Positions 36,369 to 44,095 of a DNA stretch of 44,095 bases are shown one piece after another (position 1 is the stretch's first letter; each line of letters begins with the position of its first letter). The translations under genes and the position numbers were made by a program. The DNA comes from an uncultured Flavobacteriales bacterium. GTDB taxonomy: Bacteria; Bacteroidota; Bacteroidia; Flavobacteriales_D; Parvicellaceae. The DNA lies in NCBI GenBank assembly GCA_947311095.1, contig CAMZKF010000305.1, positions 1 to 44,095 on the forward strand, read 5' to 3'. The notes beneath the pieces are model-generated. The model was not told where the DNA came from and did not search any database. It worked only from the letters and a program-made list of their open reading frames with translations.

Positions 36369-37502
36369 ATGATAGTATCAAAACAATACGAATGGTTGAA
36401 TGGAGAATGGAAGTCTAACAATGAAACCGTAATAAAACCACAATTATGCTTGGTTTTTGGTTCTCGTTTTGAAATAGAAAAAGAAGGAATTTTAGCGGTT
36501 GAAGAATTAAAAAAAAAATATCCAGGTACTAAAGTTGTAACAACTTCTACCGCAGGAAATATTGTAGGAGATGAATTGAAAGATAATACAATGATAGCGA
36601 CTTGTCTTTCGTTTGAAAAAACAGAGATAAATGTGCTGTCTTTTACAATAGGAAAAGGAAGAGCCGAAAAAATAGGAAGCTTAATAGCTAATTCTTATGC
36701 GCAAGAAAGATTGTCTTACCTTCTGTTGTTGAGTACCTCTGAAGTTGATGCTGAAAGTTTGATACATGGAATAAATTCAGTCTTTGCAGGTAAAATAAAT
36801 GTATCGGGAGGAGTAGCTGGAGATGATACTAGGTTTGAAAAAACATTGGTAGGTGTAGATGAAGACATAAAAGAGAATAATATTGTGGCTGTTGGTTTTT
36901 ATAGTGATAACTTATTGGTGTCTAATGGTTCTAGAGGAGGATGGAGTCCTTTTGGTCCAAAAGCTAGAGTAACAAAGGCAGAGGGTAATATTTTGTATGA
37001 AATAGATAATGCACCTGTATTGCCTATTTATAAGGAATATTTAGGGAAAAAAGCAAAAGATTTACCTTCTTCAGGTTTACTTTTTCCTTTCTCTATTATA
37101 GATGAAGAAACAGGAGAACGAATCGTTAGAGCAATTCAAGACATTAATGAAGAAGATGAAAGTTTAGTGTTTTATGGCGAAATAAAAAAAGGTAGTTCTA
37201 TTCAGTTGATGAGAGCCCAAACTGAAAAGTTATTTGAAGGAGCTGTAGATTCAGCTTCAAAAAGTTTATTGACTAAAGATTTAATTCCTCCGCAAGTAGC
37301 TATTTTAATTAGTTGTGTGGCTCGAAGGTTGGCTTTAGATCAATTGACCGAAGAAGAATTGGAAGAAGTTAGAAGTGTCTATGGAGAAAAAACAACAATG
37401 TGTGGTTTTTATTCTTATGCTGAATTGTCTCCTGTAAAAGGAAACTCTAGATGTCATTTGCACAACCAAACACTTACAATAACGTCTTTTTCTGAATTTT
37501 AA
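36369..37502 (+). CDS. FIST (N plus C) domain signalling protein
   Basis: 377 aa. LCLVFGS, TSTAGNIVG, GGVAGDD and C-terminal GFYSYAELSP are typical of FIST_N/FIST_C proteins. Confidence 0.75.
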   Translation: MIVSKQYEWLNGEWKSNNETVIKPQLCLVFGSRFEIEKEGILAVEELKKKYPGTKVVTTSTAGNIVGDELKDNTMIATCLSFEKTEINVLSFTIGKGRAEKIGSLIANSYAQERLSYLLLLSTSEVDAESLIHGINSVFAGKINVSGGVAGDDTRFEKTLVGVDEDIKENNIVAVGFYSDNLLVSNGSRGGWSPFGPKARVTKAEGNILYEIDNAPVLPIYKEYLGKKAKDLPSSGLLFPFSIIDEETGERIVRAIQDINEEDESLVFYGEIKKGSSIQLMRAQTEKLFEGAVDSASKSLLTKDLIPPQVAILISCVARRLALDQLTEEELEEVRSVYGEKTTMCGFYSYAELSPVKGNSRCHLHNQTLTITSFSEF

Positions 37503-37503
37503 T

Positions 37504-38385
37504 ATGGAATTAGAAAAACAAGAAAGAACAAGGTTATTAAAAAGACAGATAAGAAAGTCTTTTGGAGACAAAGAAATTACTTCTCCAGAATTACTTAAAT
37601 TTATCGATTTAGTCAATAAAGCTTATCGTTTTAAGGAAGAAGAAGATTACTTTTACAGAAGGGCAGAAGAAGTTTCAAACAAAAAATATGAAGAAGTAAC
37701 AAAAAAATTATTAGAAAGAAATGATTTTTTAAATTCCTTTAATCATGGAATGGCACATGATGTAAAAAACCATAGCTCCAACATTATTGGTCTTGTCCAA
37801 ATGCTTAAAAAATACACGGAGAAGAAAGATTGGAAAATGATTGCAGAGATTATAAAACAATTAGATGCTTCTTCTCAGCAATTAACTTCAATAGTGCAAG
37901 GTTTTTTATATTTATCACACTCGGAATTTGAAGAGGGTAAGGATTATATAGCTATTTCTCCAGCTACTTTGATTCAAGAAATAGAATGCGAAATAGCTTA
38001 TTTGAAAGCGAGAAAAGAAGTTACAATAGATTACAATCTTGATGAGGTTGTTTTTAATTTTCAAATTATAAAAATTATACTTGTCAATTTAATTTCAAAT
38101 TCAATAAAGTATTCAAAAGAGAATCAACCAGCTCATGTTAAAGTTAACTTACATTGTAACAGCGAAGTCGTAATGTTAGAAGTTGAAGACAATGGAATAG
38201 GAATGGATTTAGAACGAGACAAAAAAAAGTTATTTAACTTATTTAGCGATATAAACGTAACAAAAGGCTATGGTGTAGGTTTATTTTTAATCAGGAAAAT
38301 AGTAGATAAAAACAAAGGAACGATTGAAGTTGAAAGTAAGGTCGGAATAGGAAGCTTATTTAAAATATCAATACCCCAAAGATAA
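37504..38385 (+). CDS. Soluble sensor-less histidine kinase
   Basis: 293 aa with no TM segments. ~75-aa charged/coiled N-terminus, H-box FNHGMAHDVKNH, N-box NLISNSIKYS, G1 DNGIGMD, G2 GYGVGLFLIRKIV. Confidence 0.85.
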   Translation: MELEKQERTRLLKRQIRKSFGDKEITSPELLKFIDLVNKAYRFKEEEDYFYRRAEEVSNKKYEEVTKKLLERNDFLNSFNHGMAHDVKNHSSNIIGLVQMLKKYTEKKDWKMIAEIIKQLDASSQQLTSIVQGFLYLSHSEFEEGKDYIAISPATLIQEIECEIAYLKARKEVTIDYNLDEVVFNFQIIKIILVNLISNSIKYSKENQPAHVKVNLHCNSEVVMLEVEDNGIGMDLERDKKKLFNLFSDINVTKGYGVGLFLIRKIVDKNKGTIEVESKVGIGSLFKISIPQR

Positions 38386-38390
38386 TAAAT

Positions 38391-38774
38391 ATGAATATAG
38401 ATGTAATTATTTTAGTAGATGATAACCCCATTACGTTGTTTTATAATAGAGATGTTGTGGAAGATTTTTACCCCGAAGCAAGTATTGTTTCTTATGAGAA
38501 TAGTGCCGAATTTTTAAAAGATTTTTTAGGGGGTAAATTTGAAAAATATAAAAATATATTACTTTTATTAGATATAAATATGCCCGAATACGATGGGTAT
38601 GAAGTGCTTTCTGAGTTGGAAGACGAATGTGAATACTTAGAAAATTTGACCGTATTAATGATTACTTCAAGCAACTTAAAAGTAGATAAAGAAAAAGCAA
38701 CCCGATTTGTAAATGTTAAAGCTTATATAGAAAAACCTTTGACCATTTCTAAATTAGAAAAAACTTTAAAGTAA
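38391..38774 (+). CDS. Single-domain response regulator (REC only)
   Basis: 127 aa. VDDN acidic pair, phospho-acceptor LLLLDINMP, MITSS, EKPL Lys. No output domain. Confidence 0.85.
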   Translation: MNIDVIILVDDNPITLFYNRDVVEDFYPEASIVSYENSAEFLKDFLGGKFEKYKNILLLLDINMPEYDGYEVLSELEDECEYLENLTVLMITSSNLKVDKEKATRFVNVKAYIEKPLTISKLEKTLK

Positions 38775-38869
38775 CAGCATTTAATTGACTGGAATAAATA
38801 TCAATTTTGAATAGAAATCACGACAGCTTTCAACCTTAAATTAGTCTTCGTTTTATCTTTAAAAAGCAT

Positions 38870-38877
38870 TATCTTTG
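38870..38877 (+). promoter_or_regulatory. Candidate -7 box (TATCTTTG) for recN
   Basis: Exact TAnnTTTG, 16 nt upstream of the ATG at 38894. Confidence 0.45.
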
Positions 38878-38893
38878 TCAAAAATAAAAATAT

Positions 38894-40543
38894 ATGTTGA
38901 CTCATTTATCAATAAATAATTACGCCTTAATAGATGCTTTAGAAATTGATTTTCATAAAGGATTTACGGTCATTACTGGAGAAACAGGGTCAGGTAAATC
39001 TATAATGCTTGGAGCAATTGGACTAATTTTGGGAGGAAGAGCAGATTTTAAATCGCTTAGAGATAAAAACACTAAATGTATAATAGAAGGAACATTTGAG
39101 ATTTCTAAAAATATAAAAAACACTTTTTTTGACGAAAATGATATCGACTTTGAACCAGAAACAACACTTAGAAGAGAAATTACACCAGCAGGAAAATCCA
39201 GAGCTTTTATAAACGATACGCCTGTAAAATTAAATGTAATAAAAGCATTAGGCGAACAATTATTAGATATTCATAGCCAACATCAAACGCAACTATTAAA
39301 TCATGCTGATTTTCAATATCAAGTATTAGACACTGTAAGCAATTCAATACCTGTTTTTAACGATTATATAGAGTTGTTAAAAAAATATAATGACGTTCAA
39401 TTTCAAATTAAAAAATTACTAGAATTAGAACAAAAAGCAAATTCAGAAAAAGATTACATCAATTTTCAACTCGAAGAACTCAGCAAAATAGATTTAGGTT
39501 TAAATAAAAATGAAGTCGAACAAGAATACAATTTACTAGCAATTGCAGAAGATGTAATTAAGGTTTCTTCCGAAGCATCTTCTATTATTAATGACGAAAA
39601 TAGAGGAGTAGTTGCAACTCTTCAACAATTGGAAGTAGTACTATCTAAATTAGAAAAAGTAGATGAAGTTTACGAGCAGTTAATCGAAAGAGTAAAAAGT
39701 ACAAGCATAGAGATTCAAGATGTGGATTTTGAATTAAATAACAAAGTTTCTAGTTTAGAAATAGATGAAGAACGTTTAATGCAGTTAGATGAATTGCTAG
39801 GGGAAATTAACCGTTTGGAAAAAAAATACAATGTATTAGAAATCTCAGAATTACAAATACTAAAGTTAGAATTAGAAAAAAAACAAGGAACTTTTAATTC
39901 AATAGAAGAAGATTTAAATAAGTTAAAAATAAAAGAATCTAAAGCACTAGCTTTGGTTTTGAAAAAAGGGCAGGAATTAACTAAAATTAGAAAAAAAGGA
40001 ATAATTGTCCTCGAAAAAAAGATAATGAATCACCTTAAAGATTTAGCAATGCCTAATGCTATTTTTAAGGTGGAATTAGCACCACTAAAAGAACCTTCAA
40101 GTTTTGGATTAGATTCTATTCAGTTTTTAATAGCAACCAATAAAGGAGCTGATTTTGGTGTGTTAAACAAAGTAGCATCAGGAGGAGAATTGTCAAGAGT
40201 TATGCTTTCGATTAAAGCAATTCTGTCTGAAAGTGGAGCGCTATCAACCCTTATTTTTGACGAGATAGATACAGGAGTAAGTGGAGAAGTAGCCAACAAA
40301 ATGGGCGATATGATGAAACAAATGGGAACTAAAATGCAGGTGATAAGCATTACGCATTTACCTCAAATAGCAAGTAAAGGAACTTCTCATATAAATGTCT
40401 ATAAGAAAGACGAAAAAGAAACTACTAATACTTATATTCAGTATTTAAATAAAGACGAACGTTTGCTAGAAATTGCAAAAATGTTGAGTGGTAATAATCC
40501 TACGGATGCAGCAATGAGCAATGCAAAAGAATTATTAAACTAA
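38894..40543 (+). CDS. recN: DNA repair protein RecN
   Basis: 549 aa. Walker A GETGSGKSI near the N-terminus, long coiled-coil middle, and C-terminal SGGELSRVMLS signature with Walker B LIFDEIDTG. Confidence 0.93.
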   Translation: MLTHLSINNYALIDALEIDFHKGFTVITGETGSGKSIMLGAIGLILGGRADFKSLRDKNTKCIIEGTFEISKNIKNTFFDENDIDFEPETTLRREITPAGKSRAFINDTPVKLNVIKALGEQLLDIHSQHQTQLLNHADFQYQVLDTVSNSIPVFNDYIELLKKYNDVQFQIKKLLELEQKANSEKDYINFQLEELSKIDLGLNKNEVEQEYNLLAIAEDVIKVSSEASSIINDENRGVVATLQQLEVVLSKLEKVDEVYEQLIERVKSTSIEIQDVDFELNNKVSSLEIDEERLMQLDELLGEINRLEKKYNVLEISELQILKLELEKKQGTFNSIEEDLNKLKIKESKALALVLKKGQELTKIRKKGIIVLEKKIMNHLKDLAMPNAIFKVELAPLKEPSSFGLDSIQFLIATNKGADFGVLNKVASGGELSRVMLSIKAILSESGALSTLIFDEIDTGVSGEVANKMGDMMKQMGTKMQVISITHLPQIASKGTSHINVYKKDEKETTNTYIQYLNKDERLLEIAKMLSGNNPTDAAMSNAKELLN

Positions 40544-40567
40544 ACGCTTTTCATTTTTTTTGGAAGG

Positions 40568-42169
40568 TTAAATATCTCGATAAAAGTTAGTTAAATTTGT
40601 TCTAAAACCTATTTGCCAAAAAGATTCAAATTTAAAAAGACTCGTTCCTAGAAATTGATCTTTTATTATTTCATTTCGATAATAATAACTACCAAATAAC
40701 TGCATGTTTGTTTTTCGATTAAATAAATAACTAATTTCTAATCCTGAGAAAGAAACAGTCGAGCTATATTGGTTATCAATAGCGATTAAATTATCTGCAA
40801 GTAAAGGATTTGAAGCTAAACCGAGGTTATTTTTACTCTTTTTAGTGTAAAACATCATTTTTCCAGTAGCCAACCACCTTTCGTATTCGGCATGGGCAAG
40901 TACAATCAATTCCGAAAAATTAGCACCTAAAGGATGGGCTATTTCTTGGTTGGAATGTACATAGTTTTGTATAATGTTGTTAGATGAGGTACTGTAAGTA
41001 AAAGCAGCTACATTATTGTATTCTAATTGTAACCAACTCTTTTTTATCCCTCCAATATCAAACCATTTCCCTCCAATTTGAAATCCTTTTTTCTTTGAAT
41101 CATCAAATACGAATTGACCGTAAACATTAAAATGTTTCTTGATATTGTAATTTATATTTAATCCCAATAAAGAATTATTACTTCCTTTTAATCCGTCTAT
41201 TGCAGTAGTTACACCAATAATGGGAATGTAAAAACTAGGAGCTAAAGGAACTTTTCCTATCGAATCTACATAGTTTTTGTAAATTACCCCCTCAAATAAG
41301 CCTAATTGTAAATTCTTATTTACAGCAAATGACACGTACCTAAACGAACTTCCTTTTCGTTTAAAAAGTGCTTCGGCAGAATGGGTAGCAGGCAAGCGAG
41401 TCAATGTTTGCATCCAACTATTGATGTTTTGATATAAAATTCTATTCTTAAACAGTTGAGTTGTAATCTTTAAATAAGGAGCAGGACTAGCATTATCTGA
41501 CAAAAATAAAGAACGGTAACCGTTGCCTATAAAATGTTTTCCTTGCCCAAATTGAATGTTCAATAATTTAGTTGGAGTGTAACTAAAATACCCCATAGAC
41601 ATAGCTACATCGTGCCCTCGGTCTTTAAATAGTTTTGAACGTCCAAATCCTATCGCTACGTTTTTAGAATCGGCAACACTGTCTAAATAAATGGGGTAAA
41701 AATATTGAGCTTCATAAACTCTTGTTTCAAAAGAAAATTTATGAGTAATGTCTCCTGCAACTCGAACGCCTCTAACGTTATTCGATAGTTTTAACAAGGT
41801 GTCATTGGTTGTGGTTTTTCCGTAAGCAATGTTAAAAAGAGGGTCGGCAACAAGTTTTAAATCTTTTTCTTCTATCGAAAGAAGATTTTCTTTATATAAT
41901 TTTTGTGTAAAGGTGTAATAATATTTACCCGAATCATTATAAATTGGGTTATAGGTTGTTGGTCTGGTGAAACATTCTATTGCGGGTCTTACTGACGAAT
42001 GGAAAATTGAATTAGAATCCTTATTTTCTAAATTATTGCGTTCCAATTGCTGTGTTAAATTATAATTTAAAGGTAAATTCTTCTGCTGTGCTATAATTGC
42101 ATTCACAAAAAATACCGTAATCATAAAGGTGGAAAAATGTTGTAATAAATAGTGTTTATTAAGAGTCAT
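40568..42169 (-). CDS. Hypothetical exported protein, probable outer-membrane beta-barrel
   Basis: 533 aa. N-terminal hydrophobic signal-like region (FSTFMITVFFVNAIIAQQ) and an aromatic/Gly-rich strand pattern. Family not recognised with confidence. Confidence 0.5.
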   Translation of the reverse strand: MTLNKHYLLQHFSTFMITVFFVNAIIAQQKNLPLNYNLTQQLERNNLENKDSNSIFHSSVRPAIECFTRPTTYNPIYNDSGKYYYTFTQKLYKENLLSIEEKDLKLVADPLFNIAYGKTTTNDTLLKLSNNVRGVRVAGDITHKFSFETRVYEAQYFYPIYLDSVADSKNVAIGFGRSKLFKDRGHDVAMSMGYFSYTPTKLLNIQFGQGKHFIGNGYRSLFLSDNASPAPYLKITTQLFKNRILYQNINSWMQTLTRLPATHSAEALFKRKGSSFRYVSFAVNKNLQLGLFEGVIYKNYVDSIGKVPLAPSFYIPIIGVTTAIDGLKGSNNSLLGLNINYNIKKHFNVYGQFVFDDSKKKGFQIGGKWFDIGGIKKSWLQLEYNNVAAFTYSTSSNNIIQNYVHSNQEIAHPLGANFSELIVLAHAEYERWLATGKMMFYTKKSKNNLGLASNPLLADNLIAIDNQYSSTVSFSGLEISYLFNRKTNMQLFGSYYYRNEIIKDQFLGTSLFKFESFWQIGFRTNLTNFYRDI

Positions 42170-42187
42170 TGTCGTCAGTAAAGCAAT

Positions 42188-43114
42188 TTAAAATTGAGAT
42201 TTTACTTCTTCGTAAACCGAACGTATTCCTTCTTCTAGTTCTATTTTATGTTTCCACCCTAATTTATGTAAAATAGATAAATCTAATAGTTTTCTAGGAG
42301 TTCCATCTGGTTTACTTGTGTCAAAAGTTAAAGCTCCTTCAAAACCGATTACTTTTTTTACGGTCAATGCTAAATCTTTTATGCTAATGTCTTCGCCACA
42401 TCCAATGTTCGACAATTGAGGTGCGTTTTCTTCTAACATTAAAAACAGACAAGCTTCAGCTAAATCATTTACGTGTAAAAATTCTCTTTTGGGGCTTCCT
42501 GTTCCCCAAACTTCAACCTCTTTCTCGTTGTTTTTCTTTGCGGTATGAAATTTACGAATCAAAGCAGGTAAAACATGAGAGTTTTCTAAATCGTAATTGT
42601 CGTTAGGTCCATACAAATTTGTAGGCATAGCCGAAATAAAATTGCACCCATATTGATTATTATAAGTTTCACAAAGTTTAATTCCTGCTATTTTTGCAAT
42701 AGCGTAAGGCTCATTGGTCGGTTCTAAAGATCCTGTCAAAAGGTATTCTTCTTTTAGTGGTTGTGGTGCTAGTTTGGGATAAATACAGGATGAACCTAAA
42801 AACAAAAGTTTAGTTACGTTGTTTAAGTAAGCGTGGTGTATAATATTGGCTTCAATCATTAAATTGTCGTACAAAAATTCAGCACGGTAACAGTTGTTAG
42901 CCTGTATTCCTCCGACTTTTGCTGCTGCTAAAAATACATATTCAGGTTTTTCTATTGCAAAAAAATCGCTAACAGCTTGTTGATTTCTTAAGTCTAATTC
43001 TTTAGAAGTTCTTGTAATTATATTATTAAATCCTTGGTTTTTTAAAGCTTTAATAATCGCAGAACCTACCATGCCTCTATGTCCAGCGATGTATATTTTA
43101 CTTCCTTTTTGCAT
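42188..43114 (-). CDS. fcl: GDP-L-fucose synthase (GDP-4-keto-6-deoxy-D-mannose 3,5-epimerase/4-reductase)
   Basis: 308 aa. Rossmann motif [29 protein letters not shown], catalytic YAIAKIAG. Confidence 0.9.
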   Translation of the reverse strand: MQKGSKIYIAGHRGMVGSAIIKALKNQGFNNIITRTSKELDLRNQQAVSDFFAIEKPEYVFLAAAKVGGIQANNCYRAEFLYDNLMIEANIIHHAYLNNVTKLLFLGSSCIYPKLAPQPLKEEYLLTGSLEPTNEPYAIAKIAGIKLCETYNNQYGCNFISAMPTNLYGPNDNYDLENSHVLPALIRKFHTAKKNNEKEVEVWGTGSPKREFLHVNDLAEACLFLMLEENAPQLSNIGCGEDISIKDLALTVKKVIGFEGALTFDTSKPDGTPRKLLDLSILHKLGWKHKIELEEGIRSVYEEVKSQF

Positions 43115-43173
43115 TTAGTTTAGTTTAGTTATTTACAAATATACTCAAACTTTTTTAAGAAATTTAACAGGTC

Positions 43174-44095
43174 TTAATATTGATCCCAGCTTTGATGTTG
43201 TAAATCTTTGGTTGGTACTCCTCCTGTTTTTCGTTTTAAAGCTCTTTTCCAATTTTGGTTTTTTATTTCTCCTGGTATGTCGCTATGCAATAATTCATAT
43301 TGATTTCCAATCATGTTTGGAGAATAGAAAATACAAGCTTTGTTGTTGTATTTTCCTGCTCGGTAATAATGCCAAACTTGATAGGGATATAAATTGTCGC
43401 TACTAGGATAGTCGCTTAAATTATTAGGTAATCCATATTTCAAATAAATTCGACCTCTATCTGTATTGTAGCCTTTTATTCTTCTCGAACCGTACTGATT
43501 TTGGGCATAGCTGATTTGTTTTTTATAATCTCGCCATTCTTTTTCTGGGTCATTTTTGTTTTTGTTTTTCCAAAATTGATAAATAAACTCTCGTTTCATT
43601 TTTTCATTTAGTGCACTTAATTGATTTTTAATTGTACTTTGCTCAAGTTCACTAGCTATAGGAGCAAGCATTTTTATTTGTTCATTTAATGAATCTTTAG
43701 AAATATTAGCCACAAAAGTCCCAATGTACTCTTGCTGATTTAAGTCTGATATTTGAATGTTGTTTTTTAGGTTCAAGCGCTGAAACCTCAATTTTTGCTC
43801 ACTGATTACCTCATTGTTTTTGTTTATAACCTGCAATACGAGGTTGTAATTTCCTGTTTGTAAACTTTCGATGTCCCAAAGGTTTAAAATTGGCTGAGTC
43901 GTAGAAGTACTATATTTTTTCATTCTAAAAAAATCACCAACTGGTTTTTTTGTGTCAAAATCTTCTATGTATTGGGTTAGTAAATATTTTTCGCCAGAAT
44001 CTAAAACTTTTTTTGTGTTGTAAAGTTCAGCGTAGTAGGCTATTTTCTCAAAATCATCGGAAATAAAATCATCGACCATAGGAATGATGTCGAAA
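43174..44095 (-). CDS. GWxTD-domain protein (5' end runs off the window)
   Basis: GYNTDRGRIYLKYGLPN...YPYQVWHY matches the GWxTD signature. The frame stays open upstream of the Met at 44079 to the window edge. Confidence 0.7.
   Translation of the reverse strand, partial: FDIIPMVDDFISDDFEKIAYYAELYNTKKVLDSGEKYLLTQYIEDFDTKKPVGDFFRMKKYSTSTTQPILNLWDIESLQTGNYNLVLQVINKNNEVISEQKLRFQRLNLKNNIQISDLNQQEYIGTFVANISKDSLNEQIKMLAPIASELEQSTIKNQLSALNEKMKREFIYQFWKNKNKNDPEKEWRDYKKQISYAQNQYGSRRIKGYNTDRGRIYLKYGLPNNLSDYPSSDNLYPYQVWHYYRAGKYNNKACIFYSPNMIGNQYELLHSDIPGEIKNQNWKRALKRKTGGVPTKDLQHQSWDQY

Noticed and set aside
1-44095. Scanned for CRISPR arrays, rRNA genes, transposases, integrases, toxin-antitoxin pairs and typical defence-system genes (nucleases, helicases, methyltransferases).
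   Set aside because: I recognised none. The only repeated DNA I could see is the three-copy intergenic element reported above, apart from the intragenic duplications.

Overview
Visibly AT-rich chromosomal segment, most likely from a Bacteroidota (Flavobacteriia-type) genome. Supporting signs: two secreted proteins with T9SS C-terminal sorting domains, a PorV gene, the rpmG-DUF4295 pair, TAnnTTTG-type -7 promoter boxes, and no Shine-Dalgarno sequences. About 45 genes are present. Most are housekeeping or envelope genes: rpmG, dnaN, rlmH, nadC, folC, prfB, recN, fcl, tRNA-Ser(TGA), a fused 2-oxoacid dehydrogenase E1 alpha/beta, PorV, an M23 peptidase, an OmpA-family protein and a GWxTD protein. 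I saw no transposase, integrase, CRISPR array or rRNA. The most unusual region is a tightly packed eight-gene signalling cluster at 30676-38774. It holds two membrane-anchored PP2C/SpoIIE phosphatases, one of which carries two Cys-rich GAF repeats and a PAS domain. It also holds two DUF1987/SiaC-like proteins (the second frameshifted), one SiaB-like serine kinase, a FIST protein, a sensor-less histidine kinase and a REC-only response regulator. This resembles a SiaABC partner switch, but it has no diguanylate cyclase or any other recognisable output domain. Other points of interest: (1) a norC/norB-like cytochrome c plus heme-copper oxidase pair next to an FNR-like regulator with a Cys cluster; (2) a three-copy intergenic repeat family that always lies in sense orientation between co-directional genes; (3) three apparent single-base deficits in A/T homopolymers that break a peptide-binding lipoprotein, a T9SS protease and the second SiaC-like gene. 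These breaks are either sequencing errors or slippage-prone sites. All domain calls come from reading motifs by eye, and no database search was run.
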